Shown in pieces: positions 44,001-59,340 of a stretch of DNA of 64,000 nucleotides. Position 1 is the stretch's first letter; the number at the start of each line of letters is the position of its first letter. Under the pieces are notes generated by a model. The model made no database searches and was not told the DNA's origin. It worked only from the letters and a program-made list of their open reading frames with translations. Source of the DNA: Eledone cirrhosa (taxonomy: Eukaryota); contig OZ024763.1 in the NCBI GenBank assembly GCA_964016885.1, forward strand, positions 23,126,001 through 23,190,000, in the 5' to 3' direction. A program made the translations under genes and the position numbers.

Positions 44001-47000
44001 GAACTGGGAAATTATAACATACCAACCCCATCAGTGAAGCCCTTTAGTATAGGTGAACTGGGAAATTATAACATACGTAACCCTATCAGTGAAGCCCTTT
44101 AGTATAGGTGAACTGGGAAATTATAACACACATAACCCCATCAGTGAAGCCCTTTAGTATAGGTCAACTGGGAAATTATAACACACATAACCCCATCAGT
44201 GAAGCCCTTTAGTATAGGTGAACTGGGAAATTATAACATACATAACCCTATCAGTGAAGCCCTTTAGTATAGGTCAACTGGGAAATTATAACACACATAA
44301 CCCTATCAGTAAAGCCCTTTAGTATAGGTCAACTGGGAAATTATAACACATGACCCTATCAGTGAAGCCCTTTAGTATAGGTCAACTGGGAAATTATAAC
44401 ACACATAACCCTATCAGTAAAGCCCTTTAGTATAGGTCAACTAGGAAATTATAACACACATAACCCCATCAGTGAAGCCCTTCAGTATAGGTCAACTGGG
44501 AAATTATAACACACATAACCCCATCAGTGAAGCCCTTTAGTATAGGTGAACTGGAAAATTATAACACACATAACCCCATCAGTGAAGCCCTTTAGTATAG
44601 GTCAACTGGGAAATTATAACACACATAACCCCATCAGTGAAGCCCTTTAGTATAGGTCAACTGGGAAATTATAAAACACATAACCCCATCAGTGAAGCCC
44701 TTTAGTATAGGTCAACTGTGAAATTATAACATACATAACCCCATCAGTGAAGCCCTTTAGTATAGGTCAACTGGGAAATTATAACATACATAACCCCATC
44801 AGTGAAGCCCTTTAGTATAGGTCAACTGGGAAATTATAACACACATAACCCCATCAGTGAAGCCCTTTAGTATAGGTCAACTGGGAAAGTATAACATACA
44901 TAACCCCATCAGTGAAGCCCTTTAGTATAGGTCAACTGGGAAATTATAACACACATAACCCTATCAGTGAAGCCCTTTAGTATAGGTCAACTGGGAAATT
45001 ATAACATACATAACCCTATCAGTGAAGCCCTTTAGTATAGGTTAACTTGGAAATTATAACACACATAACCCCATCAGTGAAGCCCTTTAGTATAGGTCAA
45101 CTGCGAAATTATAACACACATAACCCTATCAGTGAAGCCCTTTAGTATAGGTCAACTGGGAAATTATAACATACTAACCCCATCAGTGAAGCCCTTTAGT
45201 ATAGGTCAACTGGGAAATTATAACATACTTAACCCTATCAGTAAAGCCCTTTAGTATATGTCATCTGGGAAATTATAACGTACATAACCGTATCAGTAAA
45301 GCCCTTTAGTATAGGTCAACTGGGAAATTATAACACATAACCCTATCAGTGAAGCCCTTTAGTATAGGTCAACTGGGAAATTATAACACACATAACCCTA
45401 TCAGTGAAGCCCTTTAGTATAGGTCAACTGGGAAATTATAACACATATAACCCTATCAGTGAAGCCCTTCAGTATAGGTCAACTGGGAAATTATAACACA
45501 CATAACCCTATCAGTGAAGCCCTTTAATATAGGTCAACTGGGAAATTATAACACACATAACCCTATCAGTGAAGCCCTTTAATATAGGTCAACTGGGAAA
45601 TTATAACACACATAACCCTATCAGAAAAGCCCTTTAGTATAGGTCAACTGGGAAATTATAACACATAACCCTATCAGTGAAGCCCTTTAGTATAGGTCAA
45701 CTGGGAAATTATAACACACATAACCCTATCAGTGAAGCCCTTTAGTATAGGTCAACTGGGAAATTATAACATACATAACACTATCAGTAAAGCCCTTTAG
45801 TATAGGTCAACTGGGAAATTATAACACATAACCCTATCAGTGAAGCCCTTTAGTATAGGTGAACTGGGAAATTATAACACACATAACCCTATCAGTAAAG
45901 CCCTTTAGTATAGGTCAACTAGGAAATTATAACACACATAACCCCATCAGTAAAGCCCTTCAGTATAGGTCAACTGGGAAATTATAACACACATAACCCC
46001 ATCAGTGAAGCCCTTTAGTATAGGTGAACTGGGAAATTATAACATACATAACCCTATCAGTGAAGCCCTTTAGTATAGGTTAACTTAGAAATTATAACAC
46101 ACATAACCCTATCAGTGAAGCTCTTTAGTATAGGTCAAATGGGAAATTATAACACACATAACCCCATCAGTGAAGCCCTTTAGTATAGGTCAACTGCGAA
46201 ATTATAACACACATAACCCTATCAGTGAAGCCCTTTAGTATAGGTGAACTGGGAAATTATAACATACTAACCCCATCAGTGAAGCCCTTTAGTATAGGTC
46301 AACTCGGAAATTATAACATACATAACCCTATCAGTAAAGCCCTTTAGTATATGTCAACTGGGAAATTATAACGTACATAACCGTATCAGTAAAGCTCTTT
46401 AGTATAGGTCAACTGGGAAATTATAACACATAACCCTATCAGCGAAGCCCTTTAGTATAGGTCAACTGGGAAATTATAACATACATAACCCCATCAGTGA
46501 AGCCCTTTAGTATAGGTCAACTGGGAAATTATAACACACATAACCCCATCAGTGAAGCCCTTTAGTATAGGTCAACTGGGAAATTATAACATACATAACC
46601 CTATCAGTGAAGCCCTTTAGTATAGGTCAACTGGGAAATTATAACATACATAACCCTATCAGTGAAGCCCTTTAGTATAGGTCAACTGGGAAATTATAAC
46701 ACACATAACCCCATCAGTGAAGCCCTTTAGTATAGGTCAACTGGGAAATTATAATACACATAACCCTATCAGTGAAGCCCTTTAGTATAGGTCAACTTGG
46801 AAAATTATAACACACACAACCCCATCAGTGAAGCCCTTTAGTATAGGTGAACTGGGAAATTATAACACATAACCCTATCAGTGAAGCCCTTTAGTATAGG
46901 TCAACTGGGAAATTATAACACACATAACCCTATCAGTGAAGCCCTTTAGTATAGGTGAACTGGGAAATTATAACACATAACCCTATCAGTGAAGCCCTTT

Positions 47001-50000
47001 AGTATAGGTCAACTGGGAAATTATAACACACATAACCTCATCAGTAAATCCCTTTAGTATAGGTCAACTGGGAAATTATAACACACATAACCCTATCAGT
47101 GAAGCCCTTTAGTATAGGTCAACTGGGAAATTATAACACACATAACCCTATCAGTGAAGCCCTTTAGTATAGGTGAACTGGGAAATTATAACACATAACC
47201 CTATCAGTGAAGCCCTTTAGTATAGGTCAACTGGGAAATTATAACACACATAACCTCATCAGTAAAGCCCTTTAGTATAGGTCAACTGGGAAATTATAAC
47301 ATACATAACCCTATCAGTAAAGCCCTTTAGTATATGTCAACTGGGAAATTATAACGTACATAACCGTATCAGTAAAGCCCTTTAGTATAGGTCAACTGGG
47401 AAATTATAACACATAACCCCATCAGTGAAGCCCTTTAGTATAGGTCAACTGGGAAATTATAACATACATAACCCTATCAGTAAAGCCCTTTAGTATAGGT
47501 CAACTGGGAAATTATAACACATGACCCTATCAGTGAAGCCCTTTAGTATAGGTCAACTGGGAAATTATAACACACATAACCCTATCAGTAAAGCCCTTTA
47601 GTATAGGTCAACTAGGAAATTATAACACACATAACCCCATCAGTGAAGCCTTTCAGTATAGGTCAACTGGGAAATTATAACACACATAACCCCTTCAGTG
47701 AAGCCCTTTAGTATAGGTCAACTGGAAATTATGACACACATAGCCCTATCAGTGAAGCCCTTTAGTATAGGTCAACTGGGAAATTATGACATACATAACC
47801 CTATCAGTGAAGCCCTTTAGTATAGGTCAACTGGGAAATTATAACACACATAACCCCATCAGTGAAGCCCTTCAGTATAGGTCAACTGGGAAATTATAAC
47901 ACACATAACCCCATCAGTGAAGCCCTTTAGTATAGGTCAACTGGGAAATTATAACACACATAACCCAATCAGTGAAGCCCTTTAGTATAGGTCAACTGGG
48001 AAATTATAACACACATAACCCCATCAGTGAAGCCCTTTAGTATAGGTCAACTGGGAAATTATAACACACATAACCCCATCAGTGAAGCCCTTTAGTATAG
48101 GTCAACTGGGAAATTATAACATACATAACCCTATCAGTAAAGCCCTTTAGTATAGGTCAACTGGGAAATTATAACATACATAACCCTATCAGTGAAGCCC
48201 TTTAGTATAAGTCAACTGGGAAATTATAACACACATAACCCTATCAGTGAAGCCCTTTAGTATAGGTCAACTGGGAAATTATAACACATATAACCCTATC
48301 AGTGAAGCCCTTCAGTATAGGTCAACTGGGAAATTATAACACACATAACCCTATCAGTGAAGCCCTTTAATATAGGTCAACTGCGAAATTATAACACACA
48401 TAACCCTATCAGAAAAGCCCTTTAGTATAGGTCAACTGGGAAATTATAACACATAACCCTATCAGTGAAGCCCTTTAGTATAGGTCAACTGGGAAATTAT
48501 AACACACATAACCCTATCAGTGAAGCCCTTTAGTATAGGTCAACTGGGAAATTATAACATACATAACACTATCAGTAAAGCCCTTTAGTATAGGTCAACT
48601 GGGAAATTATAACACATAACCCTATCAGTGAAGCCCTTTAGTATAGGTCAACTAGGAAATTATAACACACATAACCCCATCAGTGAAGCCCTTCAGTATA
48701 GGTCAACTGGGAATTTATAACACACATAACCCCATCAGTGAAGCCCTTTAGTATAGGTGAACTGGGAAATTATAACATACTTAACCCTATCAGTGAAGCC
48801 CTTTAGTATAGGTTAACTTGGAAATTATAACACACATAACCCTATCAGTGAAGCTCTTTAGTATAGGTCAAATGGGAAATTATAACACACATAACCCCGT
48901 CAGTGAAGCCCTTTAGTATAGGTCAACTGCGAAATTATAACATACTAACCCCATCAGTGAAGCCCTTTAGTATAGGTCAACTGGGAAATTATAACATACA
49001 TAACCCTATCAGTAAAGCCCTTTAGTATATGTCAACTGGGAAATTATAACGTACATAACCGTATCAGTAAAGCCCTTTAGTATAGGTCAACTGGGAAATT
49101 ATAACATACATAACCCTATCAGTGAAGCCCTTTAGTATAGGTTAACTTGGAAATTATAACACACATAACCCTATCAGTGAAGCCCTTTAGTATAGGTCAA
49201 CTGGGAAATTATGACATACATAACCCTATCAGTGAAGCCCTTTAGTATAGGTCAACTGGGAAATTATAACACACATAACCCTATCAGTAAAGCCCTTTAG
49301 TATAGGTCAACTGGGAAATTATAACACACATAACCCCATCAGTGAAGCCCTTTAGTATAGGTCAACTGGGAAATTATAACACACATAACCCTATCAGTGA
49401 AGCCCTTTAGTATAGGTCAACTGGGAAATTATAACACACATAACCCCATCAGTGAAGCCCTTTAGTATAGGTCAACTGGGAAATTATAACATACATAACA
49501 CTATCAGTAAAGCCCTTTAGTATAGGTCAACTGGGAAATTATAAAACATAACCCTATCAGTGAAGCCCTTTAGTATAGGTCAACTGGGAAATTATAACAC
49601 ACATAACCCTATCAGTAAAGCCCTTTAGTATAGGTCAACTGGGAAATTATAACATACATAACCCTATCAGTAAAGCCCTTTAGTATATGTCAACTGGGAA
49701 ATTATAACGTACATAACCGTATCAGTAAAGCCCTTTAGTATAGGTCAACTGGGAAATTATAACACATAACCCCATCAGTGAAGCCCTTTAGTATAGGTCA
49801 ACTGGGAAATTATAACATACATAACCCTATCAGTAAAGCCCTTTAGTATAGGTCAACTGGGAAATTATAACACATGACCCTATCAGTGAAGCCCTTTAGT
49901 ATAGGTCAACTGGGAAATTATAACACACATAACCCTATCAGTAAAGCCCTTTAGTATAGGTCAACTAGGAAATTATAACACACATAACCCCATCAGTGAA

Positions 50001-53000
50001 GCCTTTCAGTATAGGTCAACTGGGAAATTATAACACACATAACCCCTTCAGTGAAGCCCTTTAGTATAGGTCAACTGGAAATTATGACATACATAACCCT
50101 ATCAGTGAAGCCCTTTAGTATAGGTCAACTGGGAAATTATAACACACATAACCCTATCAGTGAAGCCCTTTAGTATAGGTCAACTGGGAAATTATAACAC
50201 ACATAACCCTATCAGTGAAGCCCTTTAGTATAGGTCAACTGGGAAATTATGACATACATAACCCTATCAGTGAAGCCCTTTAGTATAGGTCAACTGGGAA
50301 ATTATAACACACGTAACCCAATCAGTGAAGCCCTTTAGTATAGGTCAACTGGGAAATTATAACACACATAACCCCATCAGTGAAACCCTTTAGTATAGGT
50401 CAACTGGGAAATTATAACACACATAACCCCATCAGTGAAGCCCTTTAGTATAGGTCAACTGGGAAATTATAACACACATAACCCCATCAGTGAAGCCCTT
50501 TAGTATAGGTCAACTGGGAAATTATAACACACATAACCCCATCAGTGAAGCCCTTTAGTATAGGTCAACTGGGAAATTATAACATACATAACCCCATCAG
50601 TGAAGCCCTTTAGTATAGGTCAACTGGGAAATTATAACATACATAACCCCATCAGTGAAGCCCTTTAGTATAGGTCAACTGGGAAATTATAACATACATA
50701 ACCCCATCAGTGAAGCCCTTTAGTATAGGTCAACTGGGAAATTATAACACACATAACCCTATCAGTGAAGCCCTTTAGTATAGGTGAACTGGGAAATTAT
50801 AACATACCAACCCCATCAGTGAAGCCCTTTAGTATAGGTGAACTGGGAAATTATAACATACGTAACCCTATCAGTGAAGCCCTTTAGTATAGGTGAACTG
50901 GGAAATTATAACACACATAACCCCATCAGTGAAGCCCTTTAGTATAGGTCAACTGGGAAATTATAACACACATAACCCCATCAGTGAAGCCCTTTAGTAT
51001 AGGTGAACTGGGAAATTATAACATACATAACCCTATCAGTGAAGCCCTTTAGTATAGGTCAACTGGGAAATTATAACACACATAACCCTATCAGTAAAGC
51101 CCTTTAGTATAGGTCAACTGGGAAATTATAACACATGACCCTATCAGTGAAGCCCTTTAGTATAGGTCAACTGGGAAATTATAACACACATAACCCTATC
51201 AGTAAAGCCCTTTAGTATAGGTCAACTAGGAAATTATAACACACATAACCCCATCAGTGAAGCCCTTCAGTATAGGTCAACTGGGAAATTATAACACACA
51301 TAACCCCATCAGTGAAGCCCTTTAGTATAGGTGAACTGGAAAATTATAACACACATAACCCCATCAGTGAAGCCCTTTAGTATAGGTCAACTGGGAAATT
51401 ATAACACACATAACCCCATCAGTGAAGCCCTTTAGTATAGGTCAACTGGGAAATTATAAAACACATAACCCCATCAGTGAAGCCCTTTAGTATAGGTCAA
51501 CTGGGAAATTATAACATACATAACCCCATCAGTGAAGCCCTTTAGTATAGGTCAACTGGGAAATTATAACATACATAACCCCATCAGTGAAGCCCTTTAG
51601 TATAGGTCAACTGGGAAATTATAACACACATAACCCCATCAGTGAAGCCCTTTAGTATAGGTCAACTGGGAAAGTATAACATACATAACCCCATCAGTGA
51701 AGCCCTTTAGTATAGGTCAACTGGGAAATTATAACACACATAACCCTATCAGTGAAGCCCTTTAGTATAGGTCAACTGGGAAATTATAACATACATAACC
51801 CTATCAGTGAAGCCCTTTAGTATAGGTTAACTTGGAAATTATAACACACATAACCCCATCAGTGAAGCCCTTTAGTATAGGTCAACTGCGAAATTATAAC
51901 ACACATAACCCTATCAGTGAAGCCCTTTAGTATAGGTCAACTGGGAAATTATAACATACTAACCCCATCAGTGAAGCCCTTTAGTATAGGTCAACTGGGA
52001 AATTATAACATACTTAACCCTATCAGTAAAGCCCTTTAGTATATGTCATCTGGGAAATTATAACGTACATAACCGTATCAGTAAAGCCCTTTAGTATAGG
52101 TCAACTGGGAAATTATAATACATAACCCTATCAGTGAAGCCCTTTAGTATAGGTCAACTGGGAAATTATAACACACATAACTCTATCAGTGAAGCCCTTT
52201 AGTATAGGTCAACTGGGAAATTATAACACATATAACCCTATCAGTGAAGCCCTTCAGTATAGGTCAACTGGGAAATTATAACACACATAACCCTATCAGT
52301 GAAGCCCTTTAATATAGGTCAACTGGGAAATTATAACACACATAACCCTATCAGTGAAGCCCTTTAATATAGGTCAACTGGGAAATTATAACACACATAA
52401 CCCTATCAGAAAAGCCCTTTAGTATAGGTCAACTGGGAAATTATAACACATAACCCTATCAGTGAAGCCCTTTAGTATAGGTCAACTGGGAAATTATAAC
52501 ACACATAACCCTATCAGTGAAGCCCTTTAGTATAGGTCAACTGGGAAATTATAACATACATAACACTATCAGTAAAGCCCTTTAGTATAGGTCAACTGGG
52601 AAATTATAACACATAACCCTATCAGTGAAGCCCTTTAGTATAGGTGAACTGGGAAATTATAACACACATAACCCTATCAGTAAAGCCCTTTAGTATAGGT
52701 CAACTAGGAAATTATAACACACATAACCCCATCAGTAAAGCCCTTCAGTATAGGTCAACTGGGAAATTATAACACACATAACCCCATCAGTGAAGCCCTT
52801 TAGTATAGGTGAACTGGGAAATTATAACATACATAACCCTATCAGTGAAGCCCTTTAGTATAGGTTAACTTGGAAATTATAACACACATAACCCTATCAG
52901 TGAAGCTCTTTAGTATAGGTCAAATGGGAAATTATAACACACATAACCCCATCAGTGAAGCCCTTTAGTATAGGTCAACTGCGAAATTATAACACACATA

Positions 53001-54540
53001 ACCCTATCAGTGAAGCCCTTTAGTATAGGTAAACTGGGAAATTATAACATACTAACCCCATCAGTGAAGCCCTTTAGTATAGGTCAACTCGGAAATTATA
53101 ACATACATAACCCTATCAGTAAAGCCCTTTAGTATATGTCAACTGGGAAATTATAACGTACATAACCGTATCAGTAAAGCCCTTTAGTATAGGTCAACTG
53201 GGAAATTATAACACATAACCCTATCAGCGAAGCCCTTTAGTATAGGTCAACTGGGAAATTATAACATACATAACCCCATCAGTGAAGCCCTTTAGTATAG
53301 GTCAACTGGGAAATTATAACACACATAACCCCATCAGTGAAGCCCTTTAGTATAGGTCAACTGGGAAATTATAACATACATAACCCTATCAGTGAAGCCC
53401 TTTAGTATAGGTCAACTGGGAAATTATAACATACATAACCCTATCAGTGAAGCCCTTTAGTATAGGTCAACTGGGAAATTATAACACACATAACCCCATC
53501 AGTGAAGCCCTTTAGTATAGGTCAACTGGGAAATTATAACACACATAACCCTATCAGTGAAGCCCTTTAGTATAGGTCAACTTGGAAAATTATAACACAC
53601 ACAACCCCATCAGTGAAGCCCTTTAGTATAGGTGAACTGGGAAATTATAACACATAACCCTATCAGTGAAGCCCTTTAGTATAGGTCAACTGGGAAATTA
53701 TAACACACATAACCCTATCAGTGAAGCCCTTTAGTATAGGTGAACTGGGAAATTATAACACATAACCCTATCAGTGAAGCCCTTTAGTATAGGTCAACTG
53801 GGAAATTATAACACACATAACCCCATCAGTAAATCCCTTTAGTATAGGTCAACTGGGAAATTATAACACACATAACCCTATCAGTGAAGCCCTTTAGTAT
53901 AGGTGAACTGGGAAATTATAACACATAACCCTATCAGTGAAGCCCTTTAGTATAGGTCAACTGGGAAATTATAACACACATAACCTCATCAGTAAAGCCC
54001 TTTAGTATAGGTCAACTGGGAAATTATAACATACATAACCCTATCAGTAAAGCCCTTTAGTATATGTCAACTGGGAAATTATAACGTACATAACCGTATC
54101 AGTAAAGCCCTTTAGTATAGGTCAACTGGGAAATTATAACACATAACCCCATCAGTGAAGCCCTTTAGTATAGGTCAACTGGGAAATTATAACATACATA
54201 ACCCTATCAGTAAAGCCCTTTAGTATAGGTCAACTGGGAAATTATAACACATGACCCTATCAGTGAAGCCCTTTAGTATAGGTCAACTGGGAAATTATAA
54301 CACACATAACCCTATCAGTAAAGCCCTTTAGTATAGGTCAACTAGGAAATTATAACACACATAACCCCATCAGTGAAGCCTTTCAGTATAGGTCAACTGG
54401 GAAATTATAACACACATAACCCCTTCAGTGAAGCCCTTTAGTATAGGTCAACTGGAAATTATGACACACATAACCCTATCAGTGAAGCCCTTTAGTATAG
54501 GTCAACTGGGAAATTATGACATACATAACCCTATCAGTGA
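41050..54540 (+). repeat. 2 x ~6,785-bp (about 124-monomer) tandem duplication
   Basis: Markers at 41991/48776 (CATACTTAACCCTATCAGTG), 43291/50076 (TGGAAATTATGAC) and 46301/53086 (AACTCGGAAA) are offset by 6,785. The offset drops to 6,730 (one monomer lost) at 47731/54461. Confidence 0.85.
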
Positions 54541-57500
54541 AGCCCTTTAGTATAGGTCAACTGGGAAATTATAACACACGTAACCCAATCAGTGAAGCCC
54601 TTTAGTATAGGTCAACTGGGAAATTATAACACACATAACCCCATCAGTGAAACCCTTTAGTATAGGTCAACTGGGAAATTATAACACACATAACCCCATC
54701 AGTGAAGCCCTTTAGTATAGGTCAACTGGGAAATTATAACACACATAACCCCATCAGTGAAGCCCTTTAGTATAGGTCAACTGGGAAATTATAACACACA
54801 TAACCCCATCAGTGAAGCCCTTTAGTATAGGTCAACTGGGAAATTATAACATACATAACCCCATCAATGAAGCCCTTTAGTATAGGTCAACTGGGAAATT
54901 ATAACACATAACCCCATCAGTGAAGCCCTTTAGTATAGGTCAACTGGGAAATTATAACATACATAACCCCATCAGTGAAGCCCTTTAGTATAGGTCAACT
55001 GGGAAATTATAACACACATAACCCTATCAGTGAAGCCCTTTAGTATAGGTGAACTGGGAAATTATAACATACCAACCCCATCAGTGAAGCCCTTTAGTAT
55101 AGGTGAACTGGGAAATTATAACATACGTAACCCTATCAGTGAAGCCCTTTAGTATAGGTGAACTGGGAAATTATAACACACATAACCCCATCAGTGAAGC
55201 CCTTTAGTATAGGTCAACTGGGAAATTATAACATACATAACCCCATCAGTGAAGCCCTTTAGTATAGGTCAACTGAGAAATTATAACATACATAACCCTA
55301 TCAGTGAAGCCCTTTAGTATAGGTCAACTGGGAAATTATAACACACATAACCCTATCAGTAAAGCCCTTTAGTATAGGTCAACTGGGAAATTATAACACA
55401 TGACCCTATCAGTGAAGCCCTTTAGTATAGGTCAACTGGGAAATTATAACACACATAACCCTATCAGTAAAGCCCTTAAGTATAGGTCAACTAGGAAATT
55501 ATAACACACATAACCCCATCAGTGAAGCCCTTCAGTATAGGTCAACTGGGAAATTATAACACACATAACCCCATCAGTGAAGCCCTTTAGTATAGGTGAA
55601 CTGGAAAATTATAACACACATAACCCCATCAGTGAAGCCCTTTAGTATAGGTCAACTGGGAAATTATAACACACATAACCCCATCAGTGAAGCCCTTTAG
55701 TATAGGTCAACTGGGAAATTATAAAACACATAACCCCATCAGTGAAGCCCTTTAGTATAGGTCAACTGGGAAATTATAACATACATAACCCCATCAGTGA
55801 AGCCCTTTAGTATAGGTCAACTGGGAAATTATAACATACATAACCCCATCAGTGAAGCCCTTTAGTATAGGTCAACTGGGAAATTATAACACACATAACC
55901 CCATCAGTGAAGCCCTTTAGTATAGGTCAACTGGGAAAGTATAACATACATAACCCCATCAGTGAAGCCCTTTAGTATAGGTCAACTGGGAAATTATAAC
56001 ACACATAACCCTATCAGTGAAGCCCTTTAGTATAGGTCAACTGGGAAATTATAACATACATAACCCTATCAGTGAAGCCCTTTAGTATAGGTTAACTTGG
56101 AAATTATAACACACATAACCCTATCAGTGAAGCCCTTTAGTATAGGTCAACTGGGAAATTATAACACACATAACCCCATCAGTGAAGCCCTTTAGTATAG
56201 GTCAACTGCGAAATTATAACACACATAACCCTATCAGTGAAGCCCTTTAGTATAGGTCAACTGGGAAATTATAACATACTAACCCCATCAGTGAAGCCCT
56301 TTAGTATAGGTCAACTGGGAAATTATAACATACTTAACCCTATCAGTAAAGCCCTTTAGTATATGTCATCTGGGAAATTATAACGTACATAACCGTATCA
56401 GTAAAGCCCTTTAGTATAGGTCAACTGGGAAATTATAACACATAACCCTATCAGTGAAGCCCTTTAGTATAGGTCAACTGGGAAATTATAACACACATAA
56501 CCCTATCAGTGAAGCCCTTTAGTATAGGTCAACTGGGAAATTATAACACATATAAACCTATCAGTGAAGCCCTTCAGTATAGGTCAACTGGGAAATTATA
56601 ACACACATAACCCTATCAGTGAAGCCCTTTAATATAGGTCAACTGGGAAATTATAACACACATAACCCTATCAGTGAAGCCCTTTAATATAGGTCAACTG
56701 GGAAATTATAACACACATAACCCTATCAGAAAAGCCCTTTAGTATAGGTCAACTGGGAAATTATAACACATAACCCTATCAGTGAAGCCCTTTAGTATAG
56801 GTCAACTGGGAAATTATAACACACATAACCCTATCAGTGAAGCCCTTTAGTATAGGTCAACTGGGAAATTATAACATACATAACACTATCAGTAAAGCCC
56901 TTTAGTATAGGTCAACTGGGAAATTATAACACACATAACCCTATCAGTAAAGCCCTTTAGTATAGGTCAACTAGGAAATTATAACACACATAACCCCATC
57001 AGTAAAGCCCTTCAGTATAGGTCAACTGGGAAATTATAACACACATAACCCCATCAGTGAAGCCCTTTAGTATAGGTGAACTGGGAAATTATAACATACA
57101 TAACCCTATCAGTGAAGCCCTTTAGTATAGGTTAACTTGGAAATTATAACACACATAACCCTATCAGTGAAGCTCTTTAGTATAGGTCAAATGGGAAATT
57201 ATAACACACATAACCCCATCAGTGAAGCCCTTTAGTATAGGTCAACTGCGAAATTATAACACACATAACCCTATCAGTGAAGCCCTTTAGTATAGGTGAA
57301 CTGGGAAATTATAACGTACTAACCCCATCAGTGAAGCCCTTTAGTATAGGTCAACTGGGAAATTATAACATACATAACCCTATCAGTAAAGCCCTTTAGT
57401 ATATGTCAACTGGGAAATTATAACGTACATAACCGTATCAGTAAAGCCCTTTAGTATAGGTCAACTGGGAAATTATAACACATAACCCTATCAGCGAAGC

Positions 57501-59340
57501 CCTTTAGTATAGGTCAACTGGGAAATTATAACATACATAACCCCATCAGTGAAGCCCTTTAGTATAGGTCAACTGGGAAATTATAACACACATAACCCCA
57601 TCAGTGAAGCCCTTTAGTATAGGTCAACTGGGAAATTATAACATACATAACCCTATCAGTGAAGCCCTTTAGTATAGGTCAACTGGGAAATTACAACACA
57701 CATAACCCCATCAGTGAAGCCCTTTAGTATAGGTCAACTGGGAAATTATAACACACATAATCCCATCAGTGAAGCCCTTTAGAATAGGTCAACTGGGAAA
57801 TTATAACATACATAACCCCATCAGTGAAGCCCTTTAGTATAGGTCAACTGGGAAATTATGACATACATAACCCTATCAGTGAAGCCCTTTAGTATAGGTC
57901 AACTGGGAAATTATAACATACATAACCCTATCAGTGAAGCCCTTTAGTATAGGTCAACTGGGAAATTATAACACACATAACCCCATCAGTGAAGCCCTTT
58001 AGTATAGGTCAACTGGGAAATTATATCACATAACCCTATCAGTGAAGCCCTTTAGTATAGGTCAACTGGGAAATTATAACACACATAACCCTATCAGTGA
58101 AGCCCTTTAGTATAGGTGAACTGGGAAATTATAACACATAACCCTATCAGTGAAGCCCTTTAGTATAGGTCAACTGGGAAATTATAACACACATAACCCC
58201 ATCAGTAAATCCCTTTAGTATAGGTCAACTGGGAAATTATAACACACATAACCCTATCAGTGAAGCCCTTTAGTATAGGTCAACTGGGAAATTATAACAC
58301 ACATAACCCTATCAGTGAAGCCCTTTAGTATAGGTGAACTGGGAAATTATAACACATAACCCTATCAGTGAAGCCCTTTAATATAGGTCAACTGGGAAAT
58401 TATAACACACATAACCTCATCAGTAAAGCCCTTTAGTATAGGTCAACTGGGAAATTATAACACACATAACCCTATCAGTGAAGCCCTTTAATATAGGTCA
58501 ACTGGGAAATTATAACACACATAACCCTATCAGAAAAACCCTTTAGTATAGGTCAACTGGGAAATTTATAACACATAACCCTATCAGTGAAGCCCTTTAG
58601 TATAGGTCAACTGGGAAATTATAACATACATAACCCTATCAGTAAAGCCCTTTAGTATAGGTCAACTGGGAAATTATAACACATAACCCTATCAGTGAAG
58701 CCCTTTAGTATAGGTCAACTGGGAAATTATAACACACATAACCCTATCAGTAAAGCCCTTTAGTATAGGTCAACTGGGAAATTATAACATACTAACCCCA
58801 TCAGTGAAGCCCTTTAGTATAGGTCAACTGGGAAATTATAACACATAACCCTATCAGTGAAGCCCTTTAGTATAGGTCAACTGGGAAATTATAACACACA
58901 TAACCCTATCAGTGAAGCCCTTTAGTATAGGTCAACTGGGAAATTATAACACACATAACCCCATCAGTGAAGCCCTTCAGTATAGGTCAACTGGGAAATT
59001 ATAACACACATAACCCCATCAGTGAAGCCCTTTAGTATAGGTCAACTGGGAAATTATAACATACTAACCCCATCAGTGAAGCCCTTTAGTATAGGTGAAC
59101 TGGGAAATTATAACATACTAACCCCATCAGTGAAGCCCTTTAGTATAGGTCAACTGGGAAATTATAACATACATAACCCTATCAGTGAAGCCCTTTAGTA
59201 TAGGTCAACTGGGAAATTACAACACACATAACCCCATCAGTGAAGCCCTTTAGTATAGGTCAACTGGGAAATTATAACACACATAATCCCATCAGTGAAG
59301 CCCTTTAGTATAGGTCAACTGGGAAATTATAACATACATA

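Larger units (their letters stand above)
1..59340 (+). repeat. 55-bp satellite DNA tandem array, left segment (about 1,085 monomers, continues beyond window start)
   Basis: Monomer CCCCATCAGTGAAGCCCTTTAGTATAGGTCAACTGGGAAATTATAACATACATAA at 1-55 recurs at 56 and on continuously in one orientation. Monomers differ by a few substitutions and small indels, mainly in the ACACACATAA tract (53-56 bp). No unique spacers. Confidence 0.99.
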
